This document shows positions 36,769 to 49,566 of a DNA stretch of 64,000 nt, piece by piece. Origin of the DNA: Octopus sinensis. Lineage: Eukaryota. Position 1 is the first letter of the stretch, and each line of letters opens with the position of its first letter. The translations under genes were made by a program, and so were the position numbers. The stretch spans positions 53,072,001 through 53,136,000 of the forward strand of contig NC_043015.1 in the NCBI RefSeq assembly GCF_006345805.1. Reading direction: 5' to 3'. The notes under the pieces are model-generated. The model ran no database searches. It had not been told where the DNA came from and worked only from the letters and a program-made list of their open reading frames with translations.

Positions 36769-37745
36769 AAAACAAATACGTTAATGCCTGAATAAGTAAA
36801 TAAATAAAGGAATAGATAAAATATAAATATAGGTTGTAATTATAGACAACATTCAATCAATTGAAATCGATCGCTACTTTCTTACACTTCTATAATAGTC
36901 TTAGCGAAATTACTTTTTTTTAATATTTTTTCTATCGGAGTGAAATCTGGGACAAAGAAGTCAATGTAGGACATGGATATCTTGCCATTCCCACCACCAC
37001 ACACCGACACAGTAACACACATACATACATACTACATACATACATACATACATATATAAATTCACAGACACAGTGACACACATACATACATTGTCACGCA
37101 TATATACTCAGACACACTGACACACATGCACGCAAGAGCACACATTGGTTTCAAATTTTGGCGCACAGCCAGATAATTCGGGGTCGGAGAGGAGGGGTTA
37201 AGTCGATTACATCGACCCCAGTGCTCAACTGGTAGTTATTTTATCGACCCTCGAAAGGATGAAAGGCAAATCCAATGTCGGTGGCATTTGCACTCAGAAC
37301 GAAAAGACGGACGAAATGCCGCTTAGCATTTTGCCCGGCACACTATCGATTAACGGTTACACATACAAATTGTTGATTTATTGTTTTTTTTTGCTGGTGT
37401 CTCACAGTGAATTATAGCGTCGCTTGGACCCTACCTTCTAAGGTGTAGCCGATTGTACTCACTAAAGTATGTATTTGATCGACTTGAGACGAGCACGAAA
37501 ATGTAAAGAGCCCTTGACGAGATTTCAAATAAAATGGCTCAGAAACTGGTGCCCCAACATGGCCACAAACTGAAACAAGGGAAGTAATACATATACACTC
37601 AGCAAAACACACATTCGCACACACACATACTTTAGTAGATTGTGAGGTTATATACGTAACATTTGGCCTTGTGTTAACACAAAGTATCTCTACCCTGTAA
37701 CAAAATTCTTAGTGAGGATTTGTACGCTCACCCGATCGATATTAT

Positions 37746-37829
<84 letters not shown>

Positions 37830-38189
37830 GCTAGCTAGCTAGCTAGCTATCTATCTCCATCTGTTTATCTGTCTGTCTAGTTGCTTACCTACGTACCTAG
37901 TTTCCGACCTTCATGCCTGCCTCATGGGATTCTGAGGCATTAAATTTCAGGTATTTGTAAGCAATTTGTAAGCTCCAATACGTGATGAGTGCACAAATGT
38001 GACTGCTCGGTGTTTTGACAGATATGTCAAAATCACCACGCTTTGAAAAAGGGATGACTAGGTTAAATATTCGAGGTAAAAAAAGTGAATAAACAATGTA
38101 AAGAGTGAAGTGTGAATTGTGAGAGAACCGGGTTAAGAGAATGGTAGTTGGTGTGAGAAGTAGTAAGAGGAAGCTCAAGCCAATGATAA

Positions 38190-39085
38190 ACAAAAGAAAA
38201 AACCTCAAAAATATCCCCAGCTTCAATCTTCTCTTCAACCTAAACATAATGACAAACATGACAAAATTTTCCTAATACGTATTAATAAGCATTTCCCAAT
38301 TGACCGTCGATACTACAAACTTTTGAAACAAAATAACGCAAACGTTCTTTGTAACTGCATCAGACAGTAATTAAACCTAGAGTTATTTCAATTTTTGTAT
38401 AGTTGGCAGTTTTTCCCTGCATGGTATCCTCTCTTTCTCTCTCTCTCTGTCTCTCTCATCCCCTTCTATCCACATGCTTTAACTAATAGCGTCAATCAAC
38501 GGATACTTTTATATTCACTGATTCATAATGCTCTGTACCATTGTTGGATGTACATCTGAAAATTCTACGAAGTGGATAAATGAAATATTTGGAAACTGAG
38601 ATAAATCAGTATGGTTATATTTAAAAAAAACAGACTACCAGACATTGAGAGCAGTTACAGAATATGGAACCAGAAACTACACTAAAAAACACATCGCCAA
38701 AGCCTTAAATATCCATTTATCTTACACACCCACAAACAGCAGTCAATAACCATGATCATTAAGCGGGGATTGTTTAAAAGTGAAATAATCTGCAAAAGAG
38801 ACAAAGGAACCATATTGGAATAACAAGCAGAACGTTCAAAATTAGCTGCATTACACTTTCACGCGTTCTGAAAACTTCAGCAAAGATGCACAATGTCTTC
38901 ATCGGAGAATATATTTGGGACTTCAGACGTGGGCATTATAAGTATTCAAAAAGGGGCAATAACAGACTGTCACACTTACATGAGTTATAATTATTATACA
39001 GGACTAAAACTATTTTTAAGAAATATATGCTGAATCCGTAGGACGAAAGTTGGGGTTGACCATGCAGAGCAACAACTAAATGGAA
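38190..39085 (+). mobile_element. Decayed Penelope-like element ORF (linker plus GIY-YIG endonuclease), Naiad-like
   Basis: KNIPSFNLLFNLNIMTN..KIFLIRINKHFPIDRRYYKLL (cf. IxWFNPP..TN..FL..I.KHFP); HIGITSRTFK; IGEYIWDFR; MLNP*DE...PCR. Many stops and frameshifts. Confidence 0.65.
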
Positions 39086-39120
39086 CAATGGATAAACAAT
39101 AGAAACATAAAAGAAAGGTC

Positions 39121-39291
39121 CAGTTCTATATTTAAGAGATGAGGAATTATTTACATTATTTACATTCAACGGATATTTGTCCTCATCTTGTTTGTTGTTA
39201 ACACAACGTTTCGGTTGATATACCCTCCAGCCTCCATCAGGTGTCTTGGGGAAATTTCGAGCCTGGGTTCTCATTCCTAAGGTATTTTTCG

Positions 39292-39342
<51 letters not shown>

Positions 39343-39460
39343 GTTCAGGTCACTGCTTGGAATCGAACTCGGAATCTTGGGGTTAGTAACCCGCGCTCTT
39401 AACCACTACGCCATATGGCCATATGTAACCACTACGCCATATGTAAATAATGTAAATAAT
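39121..39460 (-). mobile_element. SINE family D, copy 2 (most complete), with duplicated head tip and inverted tail fragment
   Basis: Minus: CATATGGCGTAGTGGTTAAGAGCGCGGG...GAGTTCGATTCC...(AAT)n...hammerhead...(AATGTAAAT)2. Plus strand 39441-39460 is an inverted tail copy. Confidence 0.9.
39200..39245 (-). ncRNA. Minimal type I hammerhead ribozyme with two substitutions
   Basis: GACAC-CUGAUGG-A-GGCUG...CAACC-GAAAC-GUU-GUGUU. Stem I is 5 bp. One A>G change in the core and one stem II mismatch. Confidence 0.65.
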
Positions 39461-40498
39461 AAAGGAAGGGCTTGACCAAAATAGATTAAATAAACTAGCT
39501 GCAAAACATTTCGGAAGTAATGTATGTCTATCTATCTATCTTTCTATCCATCCATCCATCCATCCATCATCCATCCATCCATCCATCCATCCATCCATCC
39601 ACCCATCCATCCATCCTTCCTTCCTTCCTTCCTTCCGCGAGTTTGTGTTGTAGATATGCAGAAAACAACAGATATTCGCTCTAGTGTTCGGTCTCAAATT
39701 TATCACTGGATCGAAAATCCAGACTCCACCGGACCTTATTTGGAATTATGTCGGCTAACTCTGCTCCCCAAAATATTACTAAATATTATCAAAGCGTTCT
39801 GGCCGTGACTCTCTCGATGTTTTGTATAACGCCGACCCGTCTTTTATAATGATATTAAAGTATGATTTGAGAGAGATTCGACTGCGATTTGTGCAAGGTC
39901 GAACGACCTTGCGATGGAGGTCACGGGGTCGCTGTTGGACAACTTTCCATGTCATGCTTAAACTACGATATAGAGGGCATACACTCCATTGTTTACGAGA
40001 AATTTCAAGACGACGACGACGAAGATGAAGTAGGAAGGCGAGGGAAGAAGAAGGAGTAGTAGTTGGAGGAGGGGGTAAAGTCGTAGAAGTGAGGAAAAAG
40101 AAGAAGAGGAAGAAATAAAGGGATGTGAAGAAAAGGTGAAGAAAGAGGAAAATAATGAGAATGAGAAAAGGTAGAATCAAAAAGAGAAGAAAATGGAAGA
40201 GGAGTGATAAAGGAGAAAAGGGAGAAGTAGGAGAAGGAGGAGAAGAAGACGGAGAAGTTGGGGTAGAAGAAATCTAAAATGTATGTTTGAACATATTACT
40301 GGTTTAAAGAAGAAATTATGTACATAAAATGTGATTTTGACACCTGACAGATGGCAATCGTTTTATTTAAGATGCCACATAAAAAAATAGGAAAAGAAAA
40401 GGAGAAAAGAAAAATCCGTTGGTTTGCGCTACCAGTGTTCAAGGGATTAAACAAATCTATGGAAGGAGGTTGAGACAGAAAGATATATTGATAGACGT

Positions 40499-40548
<50 letters not shown>

Positions 40549-40723
40549 AGAAGACAATTTATCTCTGTAATGTCAAACTGTTATCTCAAAATGTCGGACT
40601 CTTGTTTTTTACTTCTTCCTGGTCAGCTTTGAGTGGATTAATGATAAAATTCCTGATAATGTTTCTTTATTCATTATGATTAATTAGGCTTTACAGAATT
40701 TTATAACTGTAATTTTGAAACTA

Positions 40724-40724
<1 letters not shown>

Positions 40725-40791
<67 letters not shown>

Positions 40792-40885
40792 ATAGTAGTA
40801 GTAGTTGTAGTTGTAGTAGTAGTAGTAGTAGTAGAGTAGTAGTAGTAGTAGTAGTTGTAGTCGTAGTAGTAGTAGTTGCGATAGT
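40725..40885. repeat. (TAG)n microsatellite
   Basis: Direct inspection. Confidence 0.95.
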
Positions 40886-41272
40886 AGTATAATCTCTGCC
40901 AGTTACGTTCCAGATTGTAGTTATCTTGTCGGAGTTAGTAGTACCACCTACGTTTCTAGCGCTCCTGGTATTCCATACTTTCGTCTTATTGACAACCATA
41001 TAATGGCTGGCATGTTTCTTATTTCGCTGTTCACTCACAAGTAAACCCTAATTAAGTAAACCTATAATTAAAAGCGTTTCAAGCGTGACCGTCCTGTCTT
41101 TTATTCAGACACAGTGGTTCTAACATTTAACAAATTTTCCTGTAGTCTTTACGGTTTCAAACACCTGACCCGATTGTTTTTGGAATATTTCTAGACCATT
41201 GTCGCAGTTGCGGCTGTGTGGTAAGGAGACTTACTTCCCAACCATTTAGTACCGGCCATGTTCAGTCCCATT

Positions 41273-41314
<42 letters not shown>

Positions 41315-41321
41315 TCAATAT

Positions 41322-41531
41322 GTAACCGCGTGTGTATCGTTGGCGATTTTTTTCCTCCGTCTTCCCTTCCTTGGATCTTTCCTTTTCCTATGTTTCTGAC
41401 GAAGAGCTCCGCTCGAAACGTTAAATCCTCCTTCTTTCTTTCCTTTCCCGAGCGTCCAATAACACTATAGTTGTTTCACGCTCTCGCGTTGTTGTTTTTT
41501 CTCTTTGTGTTTTCATGTTTGGATTAACTTT
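41322..41531 (+). mobile_element. Short PLE-like repeat with hammerhead, lying within a split SINE B copy
   Basis: Contains the hammerhead at 41392-41426. Its 3' part recurs at 18335-18400. Flanked by (TA)n. Confidence 0.65.
41392..41426 (+). ncRNA. Minimal type I hammerhead ribozyme, canonical core
   Basis: GUUU-CUGACGA-A-GAGC(UCC)GCUC-GAAAC-GUU-AAAU. Confidence 0.8.
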
Positions 41532-41815
41532 ATATATGTATATATATCTATGTGTGTGTGTCTGTATCAGTCCCCCATCACCACTTGACAACCAGTATTG
41601 AACCGTAACTTTGTGGTTCAGCAAAAGATTCCGATAGAATAAATGCCAGGTTTAAAACGATTCGTTCGACTAAAATTTTTCAGAGCGATGCGTCAGTGTG
41701 GCCACAGACTGGAACAAGTGAAAACAAGAAACACCTAAGTAGTTAGTCTTCATGTTAGTCACGAAAAACCATTTTTGGGAGAAACTGAAACGATAAAAGT
41801 TGCGATACTTTAAAA

Positions 41816-42190
41816 ATTGAAATATTTTTTTGGAATTTCAGCCAATCAAATGTGGCCATTAAAATATTTTTTGGAATTTCAGCCAATCAAATGTGGCCAT
41901 TGAAATATATTTTGGAATTTCAGCCAATCAAATGTGGCCATTGAAATATATTTTGGAATTTCAGCCAATCAAATGTGGCTATTGAAATAATTTTTCGAAT
42001 TTTAGCCAATTAAGTGTGGCCATTGAAATATTTTTTAGAATTTCAGCTAATTAAATGTGGCCATCAAAATATTTTTTGGGGAATTTCAGCCAATAAAGAG
42101 TGGCTATTGAAATATTTTTTGCAGTTTCAGCCAATTACATATGGCCATTGAAATATTTTCTAGAATTTCAGCCAATTTAATGTGGACATT
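41816..42190. repeat. Minisatellite, nine copies of a ~41-bp unit
   Basis: Unit ATTGAAATATTTTTTGGAATTTCAGCCAATCAAATGTGGCC repeated head to tail with no spacers. Confidence 0.95.
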
Positions 42191-44351
42191 ATCGATGTAC
42201 TGGAAGTCGCAAATACCATGTTCACTTGCCTTTTAGAATTTCCCTCGCATTTATTTATATTTTGTATTATTTGTTACTTTGTAAAGCAGTGAGCTGGCAG
42301 AATCGTTAGCACGCTGGACAAAATGCTTAGCGATATTTCGCCCGACTCAACGTTCTGAGCTCAAATTCTGCCGAGGTCAACTTTGCCTTTCATCCTTTCG
42401 GGGCGATTAAACAAGTACCAGTTATGCACTGGGATCGATGTAATCGACTTAATCCCCTCCTCCGAGCTGCAAAAAGAGTGGCAGAAATTTGAAATCATTA
42501 TTTGTTATTTTGTGAGAAATTAGCAATGAAAACATCACACAACATTTTGCTAATGAAGAAAAAATATACAATGAAAGTAAAAAAAAAAAAAAAGCAACAA
42601 ATAAAATCATATCCGGTGCTCATCTTTCTATGACAAAATCGTAGCCTGGTTTCTCTGGAATATGAGAATAGACTTGTCACAAAGAAATATATATATAATG
42701 GACGCTGACAGAAATGTTTTTTGGGTGTATTTCTGAAATGTGTCCCGGTTGTGAAATGGTACCACTTGTTAAGTTTTGCGATTTATGTCATCGCCAATCG
42801 TTCTGATCCGGTAGCAATCTTCTTGGATTATATTTCCGTTTGGAACCCCTCGCTTGCCTTATTTGGGTGGTCGTTCCTGGACTACATATCTGTATTGGGT
42901 TACAAACTAAGCTCTTTAATGTAGTTGTTATGATATCAACCATGGGGCTGGGATTCATTTGCACCTGCTCCCCACCTCAGAAAAAATGGACTGTCGTTAT
43001 TTATCCAACTACTCTCGTTAGCAGAAGTGTGCTTTTTCAGGCCTTTTTGTGCAGACACACAATTCCTTGCACTCTATTTTCTTGCAGTGCTATAGAACGC
43101 TTCTACTAAATAAAGAAATCTTCCGTTGTTTTTCGCCGGTAAAGTTTATATTCCTCGCAGTGTGTAACCTCTTGCTGAAAATAACTCAGTGCACGGTTCT
43201 TCGTTTTCAAAATGTCTCAACAGATTTCTCAAATTCTCAACTCGACCCCTCGTAATGCTTTTCAATTTCTTGCTTCTCCACCCTGATTTAAAAAACTATT
43301 TCCTTTCAACATGTTCATTCACACTGGTTCAATATGTTGTTATGGGATGTTATATGGCAAGTCTGACTTCCGCGGTGCCGGAAATGGTCGTATCTGATTA
43401 GTTGAAATTCCCCCCCCCCCAAAAAAAAAGAAAAGAATATATATATATATATAATTTCTAAAGTTTTGTAATTTTATATTTTTCATTTCTCTAATGGTTA
43501 TGGCTTTTGTAATTGGTCTCAGAACTTTGCACAACGCCAGTAGTTTCGAAGCAGGGTAACTTTTTTCGATCCCGAAAGGGTGAAAGGTAAAGTCGACCGC
43601 GTCGAAATTTAAATTTAGAACGTAAAGATGGACGAAATGCTGTTAAACATTTCGTCCAGCGTGCCAAGGATTCTGCCAGCTCGTCGCTTTAATGGTGAAT
43701 AATTAGTATGAAATATTACGTCTGTGTAGATATTATAAAAATTGAATTTGATATACAGAACCGAACAGATCATTCTCCTGTGCCGTCTTAGTAATTTATT
43801 ACTTGTGTATGTTAACTTTTTCTTCTAAACATTGTTCGTAGCATATGGGTCCATCAAATTTGTTTGCCAGTAAATACTGTCAACGAACGCATGATTAAAT
43901 CGTTAGCAGTTCACCAGACATTAATTTTCCACACTTTACCTCTATCTGCTCCTGTGTATTGTATCTATATCTATAAGCATGTTCTGTGTGCTGCCTTGTG
44001 CAAGTATATGCGCAGTAGGATTGAATAGCGAAACCTGTAGTTCTGTTGCGAACTGTATTTCTAAACTATTCGGTTATGTCAACAACGTTGGTTGGCTAGA
44101 GACGAAATATTACATACAAAAACGATTATTCGGACAGAACATACACAAACACACACCATACACAACACACATACACATATAAATACACACGCAAAAATAA
44201 ACACACACACACGCCCCCACACCCTCGCTTTTGCATAATATATACGTACATATATACATATTGTCTCATATACATATATACATACGTGTGCTCACACGCA
44301 TGCGGCTTTGCGTCTACACATACGTCTGCACATACATCATAGGCACATATA

Positions 44352-44395
<44 letters not shown>

Positions 44396-44579
44396 TCCTC
44401 CCATATATACATACCTACCCGTGTACACAAACTATTTCTCTCTCTTTCTCTCATCAATACATACGTATATACATGTGTACAAACACACCTATACACACAC
44501 GCTCTCACTCTTATTCTCTCTATCGTATATATATATATATATGCATATATATACATATATGCATATATATACATATATG

Positions 44580-44643
<64 letters not shown>

Positions 44644-44944
44644 TGCATATATATACATACGCACATACATACTCACACATCACGCGCTCTTACATCCATA
44701 TTTACAGACAGACAGACAAACAGACGGACAGGCAGGCAGGCAGGCAAACAGAGACAAAGGCACTGACTTACGACGTAGGTGACACCAAAAGCTCATAAAA
44801 CAAGATTATGGTCTTATGCTTCCTTTGTAAAATGGTCTTCCAATGTATTTTGAAATGTCATTGTAGAAAGAAGCCAAAATGTTTTCGTGTAGGAACAGAG
44901 AAATGACAGACAAAAAGATACGTGTACATACATACACACATACG

Positions 44945-44991
<47 letters not shown>

Positions 44992-45168
44992 CAAAAGAGC
45001 GGGTGGTATATATATATGTATGTATGTATGTAGGTATATGAGAGAGATAAGCGAAGGAAGGACGGTGAGTCACATAAGTAATACTACTTAAGAGTAGATA
45101 CATTGATGCCAACAGACAGGTAGATTGTTTCGCGCCATCTCACTTTGAAGCGAGCTCTTTACCGTTTC

Positions 45169-45203
<35 letters not shown>

Positions 45204-46183
45204 TGGTAGCAGTGGAGATGGTGGTTGTTTGTTTACTCTCATCGTTGGGATCATAGGAATGGTGATTGTAGTAGTAGTAGTAGTAGTAATAGTAGTGTTT
45301 GTGGTGGTGGTGATGTTGGCTGTGTTTGTCGTTTTGATGGTTGAAAGTCACTACCTCATTGTTCGTTATTGATTTGCTACCGAAATATATATACATACAT
45401 ATATATATATATATGAAAGGAGGGAAAAAAAGAAACAAAAATGATGAAAACAGCCCCAAAATATATAGATATAAATAATAAAAAAAAGGGCATCTTTTAG
45501 TGAGTGAACTAAGATTAAAATCGGTGCCTTGAAAAGAAAGGATACTTTGTACACCAGCAACAACAACATGAACAATAAATCCACCACCACTAACAACAGC
45601 CACAACAACAGCAATAATAATAATAATAATAATAATAACAATAATAATAATGTCAGGTATAAAAAGCGAGCAGATGGGTTGGTGATAAACCGTGAATTTA
45701 GGGTTGCAGATTACGGTTCATGTTGGATGTATGCTGCTGTAGCTTATCTCAACAATACCCCGGGTATGTTTGAGTGGTGCTACAACATTAGCGAAGACAT
45801 ATTCTGTAACAAAACGTTGCTAAAAGATTCTCTTCAAGAGTTCCCAGCATAAAATAAAGCGACAAAAGTGCGGATGAACAACTATGCAGGTTCGCGTGCA
45901 ATCTTTTGTGCTCGTCGGTATATGCACGCGGATATGTGTGTATGTATGTATGTATGTATGTATGTATGTATGTATGTATGTATGTATGTATGTATGTATG
46001 TGTCTGTGTGTGTGTGGAGAGAGAGATAAATGAGTGTATGTGTGTATATATATGTGTGTATGTATGTATATATGCATGTATGTATGTAACGGTGTGTATG
46101 TGCGTATACATGTGTGTGTATGTGTGGAGAGAGATAAATGAGTGTATGGGTGTATATATGCATATATATGTTTTTACGTATGC

Positions 46184-46261
<78 letters not shown>

Positions 46262-46263
46262 CA

Positions 46264-46297
<34 letters not shown>

Positions 46298-46923
46298 AAT
46301 ATGCATATGCATAGCTATATGTGCATGTATGTATATATATATATACATGCATGTATATATATGTATTGGCATGTAGGTCTGTGTATGTATATATATATGT
46401 GTGTATTAATATGTATACGTATACATACACGCACACATGTACGTACATGCATGAACGTATGTGTGTAGTTTCAGAATATATATATATATATAAATGCATG
46501 TATTATATATGCATATGTATTTTTATAGAAACACTTTCACACACACGTGTATGCAAATATATGTAGGCGCATGCGTATAGATTATATATTCATTTATCTA
46601 CATATTAATATATCTGTGTCTTTTATGTTATACAACATCTCCTCACACACATAGAAATCTGCCATAAAATACATACATGTATACACACACACATACATAC
46701 GTATACATACATACATACGTATTGAACGTACATACATGCATACACACACATACATACATGTGTGTGTGTGTATGTGTGAGGAAAACCTCATACCGATGTA
46801 ATAATACGGTTGTTGGTGATGGTGGCGTTGCAGCTGATGATTTTTGAACGCCTAAAGCGTCAGATCTGTGTTTAAAAGATGCCTTATCTCTTGCAAAGCA
46901 TTCTTTCTCAATCCCTCTCACTT

Positions 46924-46958
<35 letters not shown>

Positions 46959-47384
46959 TATTCCAATAGACATTTAAATAACAGCACCAAGAAGAAACAA
47001 GCAAAACAAACAAACAAGCAAACAAAACAAAAGACAACGAAACAATAACAAGAAGATAAGCAGTGAAAAAGAAAGCAAAGCTTTATTTAATCTAAATTAA
47101 AGTAGCAGAACTGAACAGAGTTAACATGGTCACAGATCGCTGTGTATGTTGGTTTTGCCAGGAATTTTCGTGGGTAAAGTAGCTTCTATATACAGGGTCG
47201 AGAGTATAACCGTAACAGTATATGGTTTCTGCCCTTACTATATATATAAGAGATAATGGTGTCATTGAGACCCAAAGGTGTTAGGTAATGCTGAATAAGT
47301 GCTAAAGACAGTTAAGTTCCAGATTCGGTAATATTGCGAATAACGGTTTCAACGTTGGTTCTTTGTCAGCGTGTGTATATAAGA

Positions 47385-47627
47385 TTTTTTTGCGTAATAA
47401 GATAAAAAAACCCAAGGCTGTATAGATATTAGAGCATTTATAGATAGAAGGTCTTACAGCTGTTTCTAGGATATTAATTAATTATATCCCTTCAACGGAG
47501 ACGGTGTTAAAGGATGGTTAAGTCATAGTTAGTTTAGATGAAGGGATATTATTAATAAATATTCCCAGAAACAGCTGTAAGACCTATCTATAAATGCTTG
47601 GTTTTTTTATCTTATTACGCAAAAAAT
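47385..47627. repeat. Fold-back element with a decayed hammerhead motif in each arm (PLE-like inverted arrangement)
   Basis: Arms of ~95-110 bp. Plus: TAGATGA-AGGGATATT..AATATTCCCA-GAAAC-AGCT-GTA-AGA. Minus: TCT-CCGTTGA-AGGGATAT..ATATCCTA-GAAAC-AGCT-GTA-AGA. Confidence 0.75.
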
Positions 47628-47657
47628 TCATATATATATATATTATATATATATACG

Positions 47658-47888
47658 CAGGATATTCAAAATGTCTTTCTGCAGTAAGTATTTAATGGTT
47701 TTCGGACGATTCTTGTACACAGATCCTTTACTTGCTCCCCAGAAAAAAAGTCTGGCAGTGTTAAATCAGATGATCTTCGTGGCCAAAGTCCCTTCGAAAT
47801 AATCTGTTTACGGAAAAACTCTTGATGTAGAGCCATGGTGATGTGCAGGATGAAACAAATTCACTGCAGAGAGACTTTTTGAACACCC

Positions 47889-47890
<2 letters not shown>
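47658..47890 (-). mobile_element. Internally deleted Tc1/mariner-superfamily element with both TIRs and a transposase remnant
   Basis: TIRs CAGGATATTCAAAATGTCTTTCTGCAGT / ACTGCAGAGAGACTTTTTGAACACCCTG. Minus translation ISKGLWPRRSSDLTLPDFF.WG...VYKNRPKTI (WPPRSPDL motif). Confidence 0.88.
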
Positions 47891-47968
<78 letters not shown>

Positions 47969-47973
<5 letters not shown>

Positions 47974-48202
47974 CTTTATTGCCCATAAGGGGCTAAACAT
48001 AGAGGGGACAAACAAGGATAGACAAATGGACTAGGTCGATCTACATCGACCCCAGTGCGTAACTGGTACTTTATTTACCGACCCCGAAAGGATGAAAGGC
48101 AAAGTCGACCTCAGCGGAATTTGAACTTCGAACGTAATGGCAGACGAAATACGGCTACGCATTTCACCCGGCGTGCTAACGTTTCTGCCAGCTCGCCGCC
48201 TT
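47969..48202 (-). mobile_element. SINE family A, tail type 1, full length
   Basis: Matches 580-812 throughout. Confidence 0.92.
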
Positions 48203-49260
48203 ATATACTGTACGACATGAAATGAAAAAATAATAGTTTGTCAGCCTGTGTTATCTGTTTACAATCTTACGATTTCACACAAATATCACTGCAGTACTTA
48301 CACACACACGCGCGTAAACACATCATCATAACAAAGAAATACTATTACATACAACATCTTCATCTTCGCAAAAGCACAGAAACCTTCACGTGCACACACA
48401 CACACACACACACACATACAGAGTCCAAAAAGGATGACAAGCAAAGTCGACCTTGGGCGTGTTTGAAATTAGAACGTAAAGGCGGAAGAAATGCCGCTAA
48501 GCATTCTATCTCTAGCGTTAACGATTCTGTGAGTATTTCATCTTTTGCGCCAGTTCGCTGCCTCAGCATCCAGAATTACAACAATGATAATAATCATTCC
48601 GAATAACGATTGAAGTCTACACATATTTGTCAGAGGAACATAGAGTGGATTAAATCAACCCCAGTACACTAGCGTAGCTAGAGCGTGTGCCGCTCGTGGG
48701 GAGGGGGCCCTTCCGTGTGCCACCCCCAGACGCCACAAAAAATACGTATTGCCTACTGCAGATCCAAAAGTGCCGGCCCTTTAAAAGTACTGCTCATTTA
48801 AAAGTCACCCCTTTAAAAGTGCTGCCCCTACCGCCTTTCTCCCCCAGTTACGCTCGTTCCCCAGTATTATACTAATTCTAGAAGTGCACGGATCCTGGAA
48901 GGGTGAAAGGCTTAGAAACTGTGGTAGGATTTGAACTCATAATTGAATATCGTAAGGTATTTCAAGACGCGCCATGACATTTATGCTCTAGTCCCAGTTG
49001 TTGTTCATGTTGATGATGATGATGAGGAGGAGGAGAAGGAGGATGATAATGACTCGTTCTACTATAGGCAAACGGCCTGAAATTTGGTGGAGAAGGGACT
49101 GGTCAATGTAACTGATCCTAGTGTGTAACTGGTACAGACTCCGATAAGATGAAAGGCAAAGTCGACCTCGGCGGAATTTGAACTCAGAACGTAGCGAGGA
49201 GCAAAATACCGCGAAGCATTTCGTTCAACGTGCTAACGGTTCTGCCAGCTTGTCGCATTC

Positions 49261-49302
<42 letters not shown>

Positions 49303-49305
49303 GTA

Positions 49306-49342
<37 letters not shown>

Positions 49343-49354
49343 CCACAACAACAT

Positions 49355-49566
49355 TTACTTTATTTTATATTTGACGGATATTTGTCCTCATCTTGTTTGT
49401 TGTTAACATCAGGTGTCTTGGGAAATTTCGAACCTGGGTTCTCATTCCTAAGCTATTTTTCGATGTAATTATTATTATTATATTATTATTATTATTATTA
49501 TTATATTATTATTATTATTATTCAGGAATCTTGGGGTTAGTAGCCCGCGCTCTTAACCACTACGCC
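49355..49566 (-). mobile_element. SINE family D, copy 3, with hammerhead core and B box deleted
   Basis: Junctions gttaaca|tcaggtgtc and ttcagg|aatcttgggg relative to copy 2. Confidence 0.85.

Noticed and set aside
39238-39275. SECIS-like ATGA...AAA...TGA pattern in SINE D
   Set aside because: The required stem between the quartet and the AAA loop does not pair.
41816-42190. CRISPR-like array
   Set aside because: Units abut with no unique spacers, there are no cas genes, and the context is eukaryotic; it is a minisatellite.
42700-43380. Possible decayed Tx1 ORF1 on the minus strand (YVVQERPPK...GKRG)
   Set aside because: Too degenerate to support by eye.
45701-45754. Possible 54-nt exon encoding DYGSCWMYAAVAYL, reminiscent of the papain CGSCWAF motif
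   Set aside because: Lacks the upstream Gln and Cys, has a weak polypyrimidine tract, and no other protease exons were found; probably chance.
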